Assembly: GCA_965230955.1 (NCBI GenBank)
Contig: OZ246404.1
Location: 648,410 to 683,425 of the forward strand
Reading direction: 5' to 3'
Source: an uncultured Candidatus Saccharibacteria bacterium
GTDB lineage: Bacteria; Patescibacteriota; CALEFQ01
Length of the DNA stretch: 35,016 nucleotides
Shown: positions 24,043 to 34,753 of the stretch, in pieces
Position numbering within the stretch: the first letter of the stretch is position 1
Layout of the letters: each line of letters opens with the position of its first letter
The notes under the pieces: generated by a model
What the model was told of the DNA's origin: nothing
Seen by the model: the letters and a program-made list of their open reading frames with translations, nothing else
Databases searched by the model: none
Translations under genes and position numbers: made by a program

Positions 24043-24135
24043 ATGAAAACTTCTACGCGAATTGTTTGGTGGATCTTGACGATTCTAGTCGTCGGCGGCA
24101 TGATTCTACTCATGGTTATGCCAGCTTTGCAATAA
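24043..24135 (+). CDS. Putative 30 aa single-pass membrane microprotein (below the ORF-track cutoff)
   Basis: MKTSTRIVWWILTILVVGGMILLMVMPALQ*; basic N-terminus plus 20 hydrophobic residues; exactly fills the intergenic gap. Confidence 0.6.
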   Translation: MKTSTRIVWWILTILVVGGMILLMVMPALQ

Positions 24136-24837
24136 TTACTCCGCCGCCTGAGCATAGCGAAAAAATATTTTATCCCGATAAGCCGGCAACGTAACGTCGG
24201 CTTTTTTGGTTACTTCGACATTGGCCTCCGGAAAAACCTGCTTTATTTGTTCCAGAATCCCGCCCTCGCGCTGGAGCGCGGTCGCCAGCAGGTCAGCTTC
24301 CCCGACCGCTTCGAATCGATACGGCGGGGCCAAGACGGTCCCGTCCAGGGCAATCTGCAATCCCTGGGGCATAATCGCCGAACGATAGACAATTCGATTC
24401 CCGTTGAGCGCCACTCCTTCGATGCCGATATTGCGCAGGGTATTCAATAAATCCAGCAACTGGACGTCCAAAATCGGACCGTCAACGAACAGAGATATGC
24501 CCGGTCCTGTCACTTGCTCCAGCCCGGAAATTTTCCGATATTGATCCAGTGAAGCTTGCAGAACATCAGTTCCCGGCAGACGATATTGAAGCGCTTCTTG
24601 ATAATCGCGCTGTTTTTGCTCGAGATTCTCCACTTCCTGACGCAAGGTCGTATTGCTGTCGGCCAAAATACTGACTTCCAAAGCCAGATTTTTTTGCTGA
24701 TCCGGATCGGTTATTTCCTTGACTTGATTAGTGGAAAAAAACTGTCCGACCAGCAAGAACCCGGCAACAATCGCAATGGCAAACGTGATCAATGAAGGAG
24801 TGGAGGGCCGTTTAATTTTACGGGGATCAAATTTCAT
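24136..24837 (-). CDS. DUF881 family protein
   Basis: N-terminal TM, coiled coil, G...VTGPGI, LLN.LRNIG.EG.ALNG.R, PPYRFEAVG. Confidence 0.9.
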   Translation of the reverse strand: MKFDPRKIKRPSTPSLITFAIAIVAGFLLVGQFFSTNQVKEITDPDQQKNLALEVSILADSNTTLRQEVENLEQKQRDYQEALQYRLPGTDVLQASLDQYRKISGLEQVTGPGISLFVDGPILDVQLLDLLNTLRNIGIEGVALNGNRIVYRSAIMPQGLQIALDGTVLAPPYRFEAVGEADLLATALQREGGILEQIKQVFPEANVEVTKKADVTLPAYRDKIFFRYAQAAE

Positions 24838-25561
24838 AAGTGCCCAAAAACTGATTAAGCGTCAGGCTATCTTTTTTTTCGACACTTAGAATGAGATTGT
24901 AGTCTCTTTTCCGCTGATGCAAATCCATTAATCGCCCCGGGTCGTCTATAAAACGTGCCAGTTCGTCTTTGTTACCGATCGCTCTAATAATCAGAGGCGT
25001 ACCGACATGCGATTCATTAACTAAAATCGTATTGACGATGCAATTAATTGAAGTGGTACCGACCACCCGTTCGTCATTAATAGTGATCGCCTCCGCCCCG
25101 GCGGCCCAAAGCATATTCACCGTATCCAAAATATCTGTTGAATGAATAATAGCGTCGTTTTTGAAATCATTGCGATCTTTCAAGCCTTCGTACTTGCCGT
25201 CGCCCAAGATCACTTCTACCCCCTCGCCCGATACCGGAGTGAGCCCCACAATCATTTTATAATCACGCAATTCGGCGGAAAGATCCTTGGAAGTGGTCCG
25301 GCGTTCCTCGACCTGTTTTTCTTTATCGCGTACTTCCTCGCGCAAATCAGCGATTGCCTGACGTAAGTCTTTTTGCTCCAAAGCCATTGCATCAACCGTG
25401 CGCTCCAGCTCCAGCGCCGGTCGAACGGAATCGGTCGAACGCGGATTAGTCCGGATAGAGATGATCTGAACCACGATAAAGCCGCCAACCACAATACCGA
25501 TCATTAGAAAAATGATCGTATAGAGTAACGCATACGAACGTTTTTGCGGCTGATTCTCCAT
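24827..25561 (-). CDS. DUF881 family protein
   Basis: GLTPVSGEGV.V.L.D, IHSTDILD.VN.LWAAGAEAI.IND.RV; ATG at 25561 preferred. Confidence 0.92.
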   Translation of the reverse strand: MENQPQKRSYALLYTIIFLMIGIVVGGFIVVQIISIRTNPRSTDSVRPALELERTVDAMALEQKDLRQAIADLREEVRDKEKQVEERRTTSKDLSAELRDYKMIVGLTPVSGEGVEVILGDGKYEGLKDRNDFKNDAIIHSTDILDTVNMLWAAGAEAITINDERVVGTTSINCIVNTILVNESHVGTPLIIRAIGNKDELARFIDDPGRLMDLHQRKRDYNLILSVEKKDSLTLNQFLGTYEI

Positions 25562-25576
25562 TGATTTACCAGTTGT

Positions 25577-25605
25577 ATTATAAAAAAAAACGCTCAAAAT
25601 AGCAA
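25577..25605 (-). promoter_or_regulatory. Sigma70 promoter of the DUF881 cluster
   Basis: TTGCTA-N17-TATAAT. Confidence 0.65.
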
Positions 25606-25663
25606 ATAGCTAAACAAGCCCTAAATCCGAAACAATATTCAATTTATAATTTCGGGCTTCTCG

Positions 25664-27487
25664 CTAGTCCCTTTTTAAAACCGCCAAAAAAACCTCTTGC
25701 GGGACCGAAACACTGCCGATGGTCTTCATCTTTTTCTTCCCTTTTTTCTGTTTTTCCAACAATTTGGCTTTGCGCGTCACATCGCCGCCGTATAAATATC
25801 CGACCACATCCTTCCGAAAAGCCGGGATGGTTTCGCGAGCCAGAATATCGCCGCCGACCGTGGCCTGAATCGGTACCGGAATCTGATGTTTGGGAATTAA
25901 ATCCTTCAGTTTTTTAACCACCGACCGCCCCAACACGGAGGCTTCCGTGCGATGCACAATTGTAGCCAGGGCATCAAATTTTTCTTTGTTGATCAAAATA
26001 TCCAGGCGAACCAAATCCGCGGCGCGATAATCCGCCAGATCGTAATTCAGTGAAGCGTAACCGGAGCTGACGCTTTTTAACTTGTCATAAAAATCGACAA
26101 TCAGGTTGAAAAGCGGAATTTCATATTTCAAAATCGCCCGATTTTCACCGAGATATTCGGTATTCTGATAAATTCCCCGGCGCCCCTCGGCCAATTCCAT
26201 CACTTTTCCCAAACATTCTTTGGGCGTGATGATCTCCACTCGCGCCCAAGGCTCCAAAATTTCCAGATATTGCGCGGGTAATTTCGCAGGAGAAGTGATT
26301 TGTTGAATTTCACCGCGGCTGTTTTTTATTCGATATACGACACTGGGTGCCGTCACCACCAAGTTTAGGCCATATTCCCGCTGTAACCTCTCTTGGAAAA
26401 TTTCCAAGTGCAATAAGCCCAAAAAACCGCAGCGATAACCGAATCCCAGCGGTCCGCCCTGATCCGGTTCATAAACGAGCGACGCATCATTTAATTTTAG
26501 TTTGCCGATCGAATCTTTCAGCAAGGGATAATCAGCCGCGTCGACCGGATACACACCCGCGTACACCACCGGGATCGGCTCTTTGTAACCCGGCAGGGGC
26601 TCAACCGGCAAGGACGCATTTTTTGTTTTGCGTTTAATATTTGTCACGGTATCGCCCACCCGCACGCCTGATAAATCCTTCAGTCCGGTGTCAATATAGC
26701 CAACCTCGCCGGAGCTGAGTTGCGCCGTCGACATCAGCTGGGGCTTGAATATTCCTAAGTCCAGAACCTCTCCTTCGCTTTTGGCCGCCAAAAAAGATAG
26801 CGGATCACCTTTTTTAATTTCGCCATCGACTATTCGGATATAAGCCTGAACCCCGCGGTAAGAATCATAACGCGAGTCAAAAATCAGAGCACGGAGAGGT
26901 TTCCGATTATCGCCCCGTGGCGGCGGCACGCGCTTAATCACCGCTTTGATAATTTCCGGGATTCCCTCACCAGTTTTCGCCGAAGCCAGAATAATTTCAT
27001 CTTCCTTGATTCCAAGCGTGGCTGTCAATTCTTTCGCCACCCGAGCTGGATCGGCGTTGGGCAAATCGATTTTATTTATGACAGGAATGATTGTCAAATT
27101 TTGTTCAATCGCCAAATAGACATTGGCCAGAGTCTGAGCTTGAATTCCCTGAGTAGCATCAACAACCAAAATCGCGCCTTCACAAGCCGCCAATGAACGA
27201 GAAACTTCATAAGTAAAATCGACATGGCCGGGAGTATCAATCAAATTCAAAAGCAAAAAGTCAAAAGTCGCAATATCGTTGCTTTTTACTTTCATGGTGA
27301 CCGGCTGCAGCTTGATCGTAATTCCACGCTCCCGCTCTAAATCCATTTGATCCAATAATTGAGCCTGCATATCCCGCTTGGCCACCGTTTCCGTGTATTC
27401 TAAAAGCCGATCGGCCAGGGTCGATTTGCCGTGGTCGATATGGGCAATGATACAAAAATTTCGGATTTGAGAAAGTTGGTATGTCAT
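25664..27487 (-). CDS. lepA: Elongation factor 4 (LepA)
   Basis: [56 protein letters not shown]. Confidence 0.98.
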   Translation of the reverse strand: MTYQLSQIRNFCIIAHIDHGKSTLADRLLEYTETVAKRDMQAQLLDQMDLERERGITIKLQPVTMKVKSNDIATFDFLLLNLIDTPGHVDFTYEVSRSLAACEGAILVVDATQGIQAQTLANVYLAIEQNLTIIPVINKIDLPNADPARVAKELTATLGIKEDEIILASAKTGEGIPEIIKAVIKRVPPPRGDNRKPLRALIFDSRYDSYRGVQAYIRIVDGEIKKGDPLSFLAAKSEGEVLDLGIFKPQLMSTAQLSSGEVGYIDTGLKDLSGVRVGDTVTNIKRKTKNASLPVEPLPGYKEPIPVVYAGVYPVDAADYPLLKDSIGKLKLNDASLVYEPDQGGPLGFGYRCGFLGLLHLEIFQERLQREYGLNLVVTAPSVVYRIKNSRGEIQQITSPAKLPAQYLEILEPWARVEIITPKECLGKVMELAEGRRGIYQNTEYLGENRAILKYEIPLFNLIVDFYDKLKSVSSGYASLNYDLADYRAADLVRLDILINKEKFDALATIVHRTEASVLGRSVVKKLKDLIPKHQIPVPIQATVGGDILARETIPAFRKDVVGYLYGGDVTRKAKLLEKQKKGKKKMKTIGSVSVPQEVFLAVLKRD

Positions 27488-27556
27488 GAATAATCCTTAA
27501 GTAATAATCAAAGCAAAAGCTAATCCGGGAAATGTATGTCTAAAGATCCTTATGAT

Positions 27557-29188
27557 TTATTGGCCGGCAGCCTTTTTTCGCCGCCAGAAGAACAGACGCC
27601 TACCCAAACCGCGAATCAATTCCATCTCCTCGGTTCGCAGTAACCAACTGGCCAAAACGTAAACCGCCGAACCGGCCAAGAAGGCCAAAACGGCTTGGAC
27701 AAAAACTCCCCAAAAGGAACGCATATCCACCCAATTTGCCACCAAACCTTTGACCCCGGGAATAATATTAAAAAGAGTGTCGCCATGATCAATCGCGATT
27801 CCCTGAACCACCAGCGCCATTATCGCCGAAGCGATGATAGTTTTGATGATTGAGGCGATAATTTTTACATCCTCCAGACCGCCCATTTTAACATGAAGGA
27901 TCAAAAGCAAAGCGATCATGTTAACAAAACTGGAAACGGAAAAAGCCAGAGCGATCCCCGCCACCCCCATCGGCTTAGTCAACCAAAGCGCCAAACCGAT
28001 ATTTATCGCCATACTGATGATACTGACAACCACCGGCACAATCGTGTTTTGAATCGCGTAAAAAGCCTTGGCCAAAAGAGGCACCAAGCTTTGGGCGAAT
28101 AAACTGATGACAAAATATCCCAAAGTGGAAGCCGTCAGGACCGTCGCTTCCCAATCGAATTGTCCCGCCCCAAGAATGATCCGGACGATCTGCGCCCTTA
28201 ATAACATCATTAAAATAGAAGCCGGAATAATCAAAAACAATATTTGCCTGATTGTCCGAGACAAAACGCTGACATATTCGCCTCGATTCTGCGCCGAAGC
28301 CGAAGCGGCCAATACCGGGAAAGCCGTGGTCGACAAAGAAATTCCAATAACGCTGTAAGGCAGACTCTGTAAATTATTCGCAAAATTATAAATAGACACC
28401 GCGCCCATGGCGACAGTGGTCGCGATGGAAGTGCTGATAAACAAATTCAATTGGTAGACGGCTAAACCCAAAGTCCGAGGCGCCATCAATTTAAGGACGT
28501 GCCTCAGTGCTTTATCTTTCAGATCGATCAAAGGACGATAGTGAAAACCCAGTTTCACGATACTGGGAACCTGAATCAGCCAATGGAACAAAGAGCCGAT
28601 AATCACGCCCACCGCCACCCCGTAAATCCCCCAATACGGAACCAAGAAAATAGTTCCGGCGATAATCGCCAAATTATAAACGATCGGGGTCAGTGAATAG
28701 ACAAAAAACTTTCGGTAAGAATTCAAAATGCCGCTGGCAATATTACTGATGCCGAAGAATATAGGACTGATTAGCATCAGACGCGTTAGATGCAGGGTCA
28801 ATTCCTGGGTGGCCGCATCCATACCCGGCCCCAGCAGAGGCATCAGCCAAGGAGCAATCAGAAAAATAATTCCGGCAATAGCGACCAACCCCAGCATCAG
28901 GACATTCATCAGATTATTGGCCAGTCGGAAAGCGCCGGCCGAATTCTTTTTGACCAGAAAATCAGTGAACAAGGGAATGAAGGCGCTGGAAACCGCCCCG
29001 ACCACGATGAGATTGAAGATTGTATCCGGAATGCGGAAGGCCGCGAAATAAGCATCCAGAGAACTGCCGGCGCCAAAAGTAGTCGAAAACAGCCGATCGC
29101 GATACACCCCCATCAAGCGGCTAATAATCGAAGTAACGCCGATAATCACGGCGCCGGAAATAATGATGCGTTTATTGGAATCGGTCAT
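27557..29188 (-). CDS. murJ: Lipid II flippase MurJ/MviN
   Basis: SRLMG..RD, DAYFAAFRIPD, TAFP.LA, AFYAIQNT..P; multi-TM. Confidence 0.95.
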   Translation of the reverse strand: MTDSNKRIIISGAVIIGVTSIISRLMGVYRDRLFSTTFGAGSSLDAYFAAFRIPDTIFNLIVVGAVSSAFIPLFTDFLVKKNSAGAFRLANNLMNVLMLGLVAIAGIIFLIAPWLMPLLGPGMDAATQELTLHLTRLMLISPIFFGISNIASGILNSYRKFFVYSLTPIVYNLAIIAGTIFLVPYWGIYGVAVGVIIGSLFHWLIQVPSIVKLGFHYRPLIDLKDKALRHVLKLMAPRTLGLAVYQLNLFISTSIATTVAMGAVSIYNFANNLQSLPYSVIGISLSTTAFPVLAASASAQNRGEYVSVLSRTIRQILFLIIPASILMMLLRAQIVRIILGAGQFDWEATVLTASTLGYFVISLFAQSLVPLLAKAFYAIQNTIVPVVVSIISMAINIGLALWLTKPMGVAGIALAFSVSSFVNMIALLLILHVKMGGLEDVKIIASIIKTIIASAIMALVVQGIAIDHGDTLFNIIPGVKGLVANWVDMRSFWGVFVQAVLAFLAGSAVYVLASWLLRTEEMELIRGLGRRLFFWRRKKAAGQ

Positions 29189-29191
29189 AAA

Positions 29192-31831
29192 TTATTTCTT
29201 TTCCCAAACGGACGAAATCACGATATCGCTTAGCGGCTGTTCCGCGACCCAACTGACCCAACCCAATTGACTGCTGACCAGCGAGTTTTTCCCCTCTTGC
29301 CAGGACAATTTTAATTCCGCCGGGAAGTACACCTGGCCATCGATTCGTCCCAGATTTTTCCCCGGCTGGACTTGGATTAATGAGGTCATCCCCGCCGCTT
29401 CGTTGAACATTCCGCCGATCGATACGACTTGGGGAACATCATACACCACTCGAGCCGTTTTTTTCGCTCCCGGCTCCAGGCTCAGCCAAAATCCGACGAT
29501 TTTTTTTCCTTCTTCTTGAGTAACCAAAACTTGTCCGTCATAGAGCATTTGGGCCGACTTTTCGATGTCCGCCACCAACGGATCGGGACGTGAAGTCGCC
29601 GGTGCCGGATGCAATAGAGGCAAAGGTTTTTCAAAACCGGAAATTTCCTTCACTTCCGCTTCCGCCGGCAACACCACCCGCATCCAGCTGATATTTTTTA
29701 TTGACGACAATTGATTTTGCGGTTTGTGCTCGCGGGTTATTTCCACCTGGTTTTTCACGGTGCCATTCATATCCAGACTGGCCGTTTGGCGAATATTCTC
29801 CGTGATATCACGGTCGGTTTTTCCGCCGCCGATATTGTAAGAATAAACAGCCAAGTAGTTATCGGCGTCTTTTAGCTCGCCGGCGGCGTTGTTCTGATAG
29901 GCGAATTCTTCCAGTTTCGGATCGGCAAAATACAGTAAAATCTTTTTCTCACTCAAGGCGGTATTGAGCACGCCGAGCATCGCCAGCCAATTATTGTCGG
30001 GCTGGGTCAGCAATTCGGACAGCAAATTATTGAAAAAAGTCTCGACAATTTTCTTTGGCTGCTGAGTCAGCCGAGCCTCAACCGATTCCACTTCGTTTTC
30101 GATCGTTTCCAAATAATTGTTCTGGTCGATCGTCAAATCATACTGAGGAAGCTTTATCGGACCGGTCAGCGCCAGTAAGTCAGGAATGATCTGGGAGCTG
30201 ATAGTGAAAACCCCGTCAACCGTCGTCCCGACATCCGATAATTGATAATACTCCATGGCCTTCTGGGCGGTGGTACGATAATCCAAAAACCAACCGGCAG
30301 CGTCCTGAATCTCGAAATTATCCGTGATCAGCTGCAATTGTTTGGGCGGAGTGACCGCCTCTTTTTTCTGACCCCGGATTTCATAAATATCATGGAATTC
30401 CAAATTTTTGATTCGACCGCCGTCGCAATCCATAATCAGATAACTGCCGGGGAAACCGCCGAGTGAGCCGCGCGCCTCATCATTATTGGCCAATAATACC
30501 AGATACCGCTTCGGCCCGTTGACACCCAGAATTCCCGCAAGTTGTTCGGAAGAATTTAGGAAGTAATCCGTCGCGCCCTGCATCACAGTCACTATTTCTT
30601 TGGCTTCACCGAAATCATCGCGGAAATTTGCCGGTAAACTGTTCAGCGCCACCAGATCCAAGTTTTTCTCGGCTCGATTCAAACTCTCCGACACAGTTTT
30701 GAAATCAGATTGGCTGGCCGACAAGGCTTTCCCTAAATTTTCCTCCCCGCCGGATGAGGCGGAAAAAATACTGCCCAGATCGCGAAAGCGGCTGATTCCG
30801 GAAGTAAAGCTTTCTCCCGCTTGGGATAAATCTTGACCGGCTTCAACCAGCGCCAAGGCCGAACGCCCTTTGGGCACCAAGCGGAAAAGCTGTGACGTCA
30901 GCGCGCCGATATTGGCAATATCAGTTTTGGCGCCCTGAAAATACTGGGCACTACGCTCAAAATCGCTGACGGCCTGAATAAACTTTTGCTGTTTTAAATT
31001 GGCCGCGGCGGTTTTGAGAGTTCCGGCCGCCGCTGAAGCCTTGGATAAAATCGGCCCCTGAGAATCGAGAGTTTTCTGGATAGCCGCCGATGTCCCGATC
31101 GATCCCGCTAGAAGAAACGCCAAGAGAGTGAAAACCACCAAAGAACGCTTTACCCGGCGCCGGCTCCGGCGCGTGGCAATAATTATTTCCTGTTGCAGCG
31201 CCCAAAAGCCCGAACGATCCTTGCTTGACGCCGATACCGAAGCAATCCGTTTCTTGTTTCCCTTGGTCGTGGCCGGCGCCAAAAAATTGATATCGCCGGA
31301 AAAACTATCGGGGAAATTATCCGAGTTTGGCCGATCCGACAGCGCCGATAATTCAGACAAAAAATTCTGTCCCTGTTTATCCGTAAAGTCTTCAGGGAAA
31401 ATATTCTCACTTTCCATCGCGCCGGATCGGGACGAACGCTCCCCCGAGCTCTCCGCGGGGAAAATGACTTCCCCGGCTTTTGCCGGCGGTTCCGCTTTCT
31501 TTGAAACAAAACCGATTTCCACAACCGGAGCCGTCTTCACCGCCGCTTTTGGCTTGGCTTGGGCGGTTCTCGGCTCGGCCGCCTGCTCGATTCGGCTCAA
31601 ATCCAGCAAATGCCTGGCCTCGCTGATCAAGCGGTCACGCTTCGCTTTATCTTTTTGCTTTTCCGCCAGACGATGTTTGGCGGTAAGTTTTTGCAGGTCC
31701 ACGATCCCAACCGACTCCGCCAAAATCTTTTGCCAGCGTTTTTCTTCAACTTCGCGCAAATTCAAACATCGCTGTCTCGCCAGAACAGACTTTTTCACTC
31801 GCACCGGAATTTTTTTAGGCGCTTGGCTCAT
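29192..31831 (-). CDS. DUF4012-domain protein with long N-terminal cytoplasmic extension
   Basis: Single TM near residue 235, then YLVLLANNDEARG..GFPGSY, VDGVF, NIGGGKTD; ATG at 31831 overlaps the upstream stop. Confidence 0.85.
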   Translation of the reverse strand: MSQAPKKIPVRVKKSVLARQRCLNLREVEEKRWQKILAESVGIVDLQKLTAKHRLAEKQKDKAKRDRLISEARHLLDLSRIEQAAEPRTAQAKPKAAVKTAPVVEIGFVSKKAEPPAKAGEVIFPAESSGERSSRSGAMESENIFPEDFTDKQGQNFLSELSALSDRPNSDNFPDSFSGDINFLAPATTKGNKKRIASVSASSKDRSGFWALQQEIIIATRRSRRRVKRSLVVFTLLAFLLAGSIGTSAAIQKTLDSQGPILSKASAAAGTLKTAAANLKQQKFIQAVSDFERSAQYFQGAKTDIANIGALTSQLFRLVPKGRSALALVEAGQDLSQAGESFTSGISRFRDLGSIFSASSGGEENLGKALSASQSDFKTVSESLNRAEKNLDLVALNSLPANFRDDFGEAKEIVTVMQGATDYFLNSSEQLAGILGVNGPKRYLVLLANNDEARGSLGGFPGSYLIMDCDGGRIKNLEFHDIYEIRGQKKEAVTPPKQLQLITDNFEIQDAAGWFLDYRTTAQKAMEYYQLSDVGTTVDGVFTISSQIIPDLLALTGPIKLPQYDLTIDQNNYLETIENEVESVEARLTQQPKKIVETFFNNLLSELLTQPDNNWLAMLGVLNTALSEKKILLYFADPKLEEFAYQNNAAGELKDADNYLAVYSYNIGGGKTDRDITENIRQTASLDMNGTVKNQVEITREHKPQNQLSSIKNISWMRVVLPAEAEVKEISGFEKPLPLLHPAPATSRPDPLVADIEKSAQMLYDGQVLVTQEEGKKIVGFWLSLEPGAKKTARVVYDVPQVVSIGGMFNEAAGMTSLIQVQPGKNLGRIDGQVYFPAELKLSWQEGKNSLVSSQLGWVSWVAEQPLSDIVISSVWEKK

Positions 31832-32963
31832 TTTTATACTGCTGATAAACCGCCAATGTTTGCTGGGCGGTACGGATCCAATTAAAACGGTTGGCGTTGG
31901 CAATCCCCCGTTCGACTAATTGCCGGCGCAAATCCGCATCTTTAACCAGGCACTCAATCTGCCGCGCCATAGCGGAGATATCGTAAGGATCGAAATAGAT
32001 TGCGCCATCTCCGCCCACTTCCGGCAACGGTGGCGCCTGAGAAGCCAGAACCGGCAAGCCGGCCATCTGCGCTTCGAGCAAGGGCAAACCGAATCCTTCC
32101 GACAAGGAGGGAAAAACATACGCGACCGCCAAGCGATAAAGCCCGGCTAAATCTTCGTCGGGCACGAAACCCGGCAAAATGACCCGCTCAGCCAATCCTT
32201 TATCTCGGGCCACGCGTGCCAAACGATCGTAAAAAACAGAACGAGCGCAGGGATTAACCAAATTTATCGGCTGCGACAAAAGTTTTAGAGCCGACAGCAG
32301 ACGATCGAGATTTTTATACGGATAAGCATTGCCGACATACAGTAGAAAAGGAAATTTCAACCTATATTTCTCAATCAATCGAGTCCGCTGTTCGGAAGTA
32401 ACTTGCAACGTGCGATAGCGGGCAAAGCGCTCATCGGCCGCCTCATAGGTAACAACCACTTTGGAGGCGGGAACATGGTACCGATCAATAATCTTTTTCC
32501 GGGAAGTACCGGAAGGTGTCAATATCCGGCGCGAATGCAAAATAGCATGACGGGAAACCCAAGAATAGGCTCGATGTTTCATGGAATAAACCAGCCGAGA
32601 ACGAGTGGTCGATTCCTGGCCTTTAAATTCATCCTTGATCAAATCGTGGATAGTGACCACAAAAGGACGCCGGTAAGCGATCGGGACATTAAAATGGCAA
32701 AAATGAACCAGGTCCGGTTTTAATCGCCGCAAAACTTTCAGCAAGCCCCACTGTTCCTGAAAAGTGTACCACTGAAAATCAGCCTCAGCTGTCGCGAAAT
32801 TTTTCGCCTGCGGATGATAATAATCCATCGCCTCACGGCGCAACAAAACAGTATAGCGGTTGACCGCGTCAATCTTTTCCAGAGCTTTCAACAGTTCTTC
32901 GGTATAACGTCCCAAGCCGGTCTGTTGCGGCCCCACAAAACGGGCATCCACCACAATGTGCAT
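31815..32963 (-). CDS. GT4 family glycosyltransferase
   Basis: TGLGRY, TIHDL, YVGNAYPYKN, PSLSEGFGLPLLEA. Confidence 0.95.
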   Translation of the reverse strand: MHIVVDARFVGPQQTGLGRYTEELLKALEKIDAVNRYTVLLRREAMDYYHPQAKNFATAEADFQWYTFQEQWGLLKVLRRLKPDLVHFCHFNVPIAYRRPFVVTIHDLIKDEFKGQESTTRSRLVYSMKHRAYSWVSRHAILHSRRILTPSGTSRKKIIDRYHVPASKVVVTYEAADERFARYRTLQVTSEQRTRLIEKYRLKFPFLLYVGNAYPYKNLDRLLSALKLLSQPINLVNPCARSVFYDRLARVARDKGLAERVILPGFVPDEDLAGLYRLAVAYVFPSLSEGFGLPLLEAQMAGLPVLASQAPPLPEVGGDGAIYFDPYDISAMARQIECLVKDADLRRQLVERGIANANRFNWIRTAQQTLAVYQQYKNEPSA

Positions 32964-32980
32964 AATATTTGTTTAAAAAC

Positions 32981-34129
32981 CTATGGTCGCCGACGAGCCG
33001 CTTCGACCAAAACCTGAAAAGTTCCGGCGGCCGAATTGTCCCAGGAAAATTCCTGTACCCGTTGCCAGCCGCGCTTAATCAAAGTGGAACGAAGAATCGC
33101 ATCGGTTTGCAACTGAGTAATCGCGGCGGCAATCTCCTCGATATTGTAAGGATTAACCAGCAAGGCGGCATCACCCACCACTTCCGGCAGAGATGAAATT
33201 GAAGATGTGATAACCGGAGTACCGACACTCATCGCCTCCAGAGGCGGAAAACCAAAACCTTCATAAAATGACGGAAATACCAGCAAATCCGCTAACGAAA
33301 ACAAGGCCAGCTTATCTGACTGTTCCACAAAACCGACTCTTTGAATCGCTTCCGAAACCGGAGATTTTTCGATCGCTTGGAGCAAACCTTTCTCCAGCCA
33401 ACCGGCCGAACCGGCGATCACCAGTGGCACTTTTATTTTACCACATTGATAGCTTTTCTCAAAGGCGCGAATGACGCCAATCACGTTTTTACGGGGTTCC
33501 TGAGTACCAAAAAAGAGGATAAATTGATCCGGCAGACGATACTTTCGCTTGACCGACGCCGCTTGTTGCACCAAATTCGCCGAGGGCAGATTGATGCCCG
33601 AGGGAACTACCCGAATGATTCCCGGCGGCACATTATATTTATCCGCCAGATCGTCCTTGGTTGACTGAGAAACGGAGATAATCAAAGTAGAACGCCGAGC
33701 GCAAGAGCGCGGACCGACCAGCCAGTGCCAGATTTTTTTCTTGAACGATAAAAATTCCGGATGGTATTCAAAAGACAGATCGTGGAAAGTCGTCACGATC
33801 GGACAAGACGCGGAAACGGCTCCAAAAATTATATTGGGATAAAAAAAGACCTCACAGCCGCTAATCATCTTGTCGATGGCGGGCCGGTGGCCGAATTTAA
33901 AAGCGAGGTTCAAAAGTTTATTGGAATACCGAAACCGCCAGACAGTCACATTGGGATAAGCTCCCAGTTCATTCAGAATTTCTGTTGCGCCATGGCGGAA
34001 ATTGGCGAACAGCTTGAAAGTATGTTCGGGAAAAAGGCGAAAAAGATGGTGCAACAAATTAAGCGCGTACTCCTCCACCCCGGTGCGCTTGCCTTCCGCC
34101 AGGAAACGAATGTCAATCCCGATGACCAT
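32981..34129 (-). CDS. GT4 family glycosyltransferase
   Basis: [34 protein letters not shown]. Confidence 0.95.
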   Translation of the reverse strand: MVIGIDIRFLAEGKRTGVEEYALNLLHHLFRLFPEHTFKLFANFRHGATEILNELGAYPNVTVWRFRYSNKLLNLAFKFGHRPAIDKMISGCEVFFYPNIIFGAVSASCPIVTTFHDLSFEYHPEFLSFKKKIWHWLVGPRSCARRSTLIISVSQSTKDDLADKYNVPPGIIRVVPSGINLPSANLVQQAASVKRKYRLPDQFILFFGTQEPRKNVIGVIRAFEKSYQCGKIKVPLVIAGSAGWLEKGLLQAIEKSPVSEAIQRVGFVEQSDKLALFSLADLLVFPSFYEGFGFPPLEAMSVGTPVITSSISSLPEVVGDAALLVNPYNIEEIAAAITQLQTDAILRSTLIKRGWQRVQEFSWDNSAAGTFQVLVEAARRRP

Positions 34130-34134
34130 CCCGG

Positions 34135-34752
34135 CTAAACCGTCTCCTTGGGCCGGGACCAGTATTCTCGGCCGGCCGACAGCGCCAGACCCAAGATTAA
34201 ACCGACAATCAATCCCACCGCGCCATTGAGGAGATAATCGCGCTCTTTCAGGATCACGATCGGCTCGGCGATAATCGTTTCAAACATAGCCTCTTCTTCC
34301 TGATTCAAATCGGAAGTTTTTTGTGCCACTTCCGCTCGAATCGCACTGAGTAATTTCGCGGCTTCATCTCGTGAAGCGGCGGTAAAATCAACTTCCACAT
34401 TTTGGGCGGCCAGCGACTCGGATTGGAATATTTTTGATAAATTGCGCAGACTGGTCGTACCCGGATCAAGCTCGGCGCGCTCAAAAATACGCTGAACCAC
34501 TTCCGGACTCTGAAACCAGCTGGCCACCGTCTCGGAAAATTTTTCACTGGCCTGAGTGCCGTAATAGCGCGAAAACTTATAATCCGGCGTGATTTGCCGG
34601 TCGGAAACATTGACCGCGACCGAAACCGAAACAGAATAGCGCTCCGGGAGCAGCCAAGTAGCCAGAAAAGCGAGCAAAGCGACAATCACGGTCACCGCCA
34701 CCACCATCGGCAAACGACGTCGGAAAACATTTTGATAAACTTCGGTGTTCAT
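34135..34752 (-). CDS. Wzz/CapA(YveK)-like polysaccharide chain-length determinant
   Basis: Two terminal TM helices flanking an extracytoplasmic domain; ATG at 34752. Confidence 0.75.
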   Translation of the reverse strand: MNTEVYQNVFRRRLPMVVAVTVIVALLAFLATWLLPERYSVSVSVAVNVSDRQITPDYKFSRYYGTQASEKFSETVASWFQSPEVVQRIFERAELDPGTTSLRNLSKIFQSESLAAQNVEVDFTAASRDEAAKLLSAIRAEVAQKTSDLNQEEEAMFETIIAEPIVILKERDYLLNGAVGLIVGLILGLALSAGREYWSRPKETV

Positions 34753-34753
34753 A

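Noticed and set aside
31128-31919. 263 aa plus-strand ORF
   Set aside because: Shadow of the DUF4012 and GT4 coding strands, S/A/F-rich antisense composition, no motif
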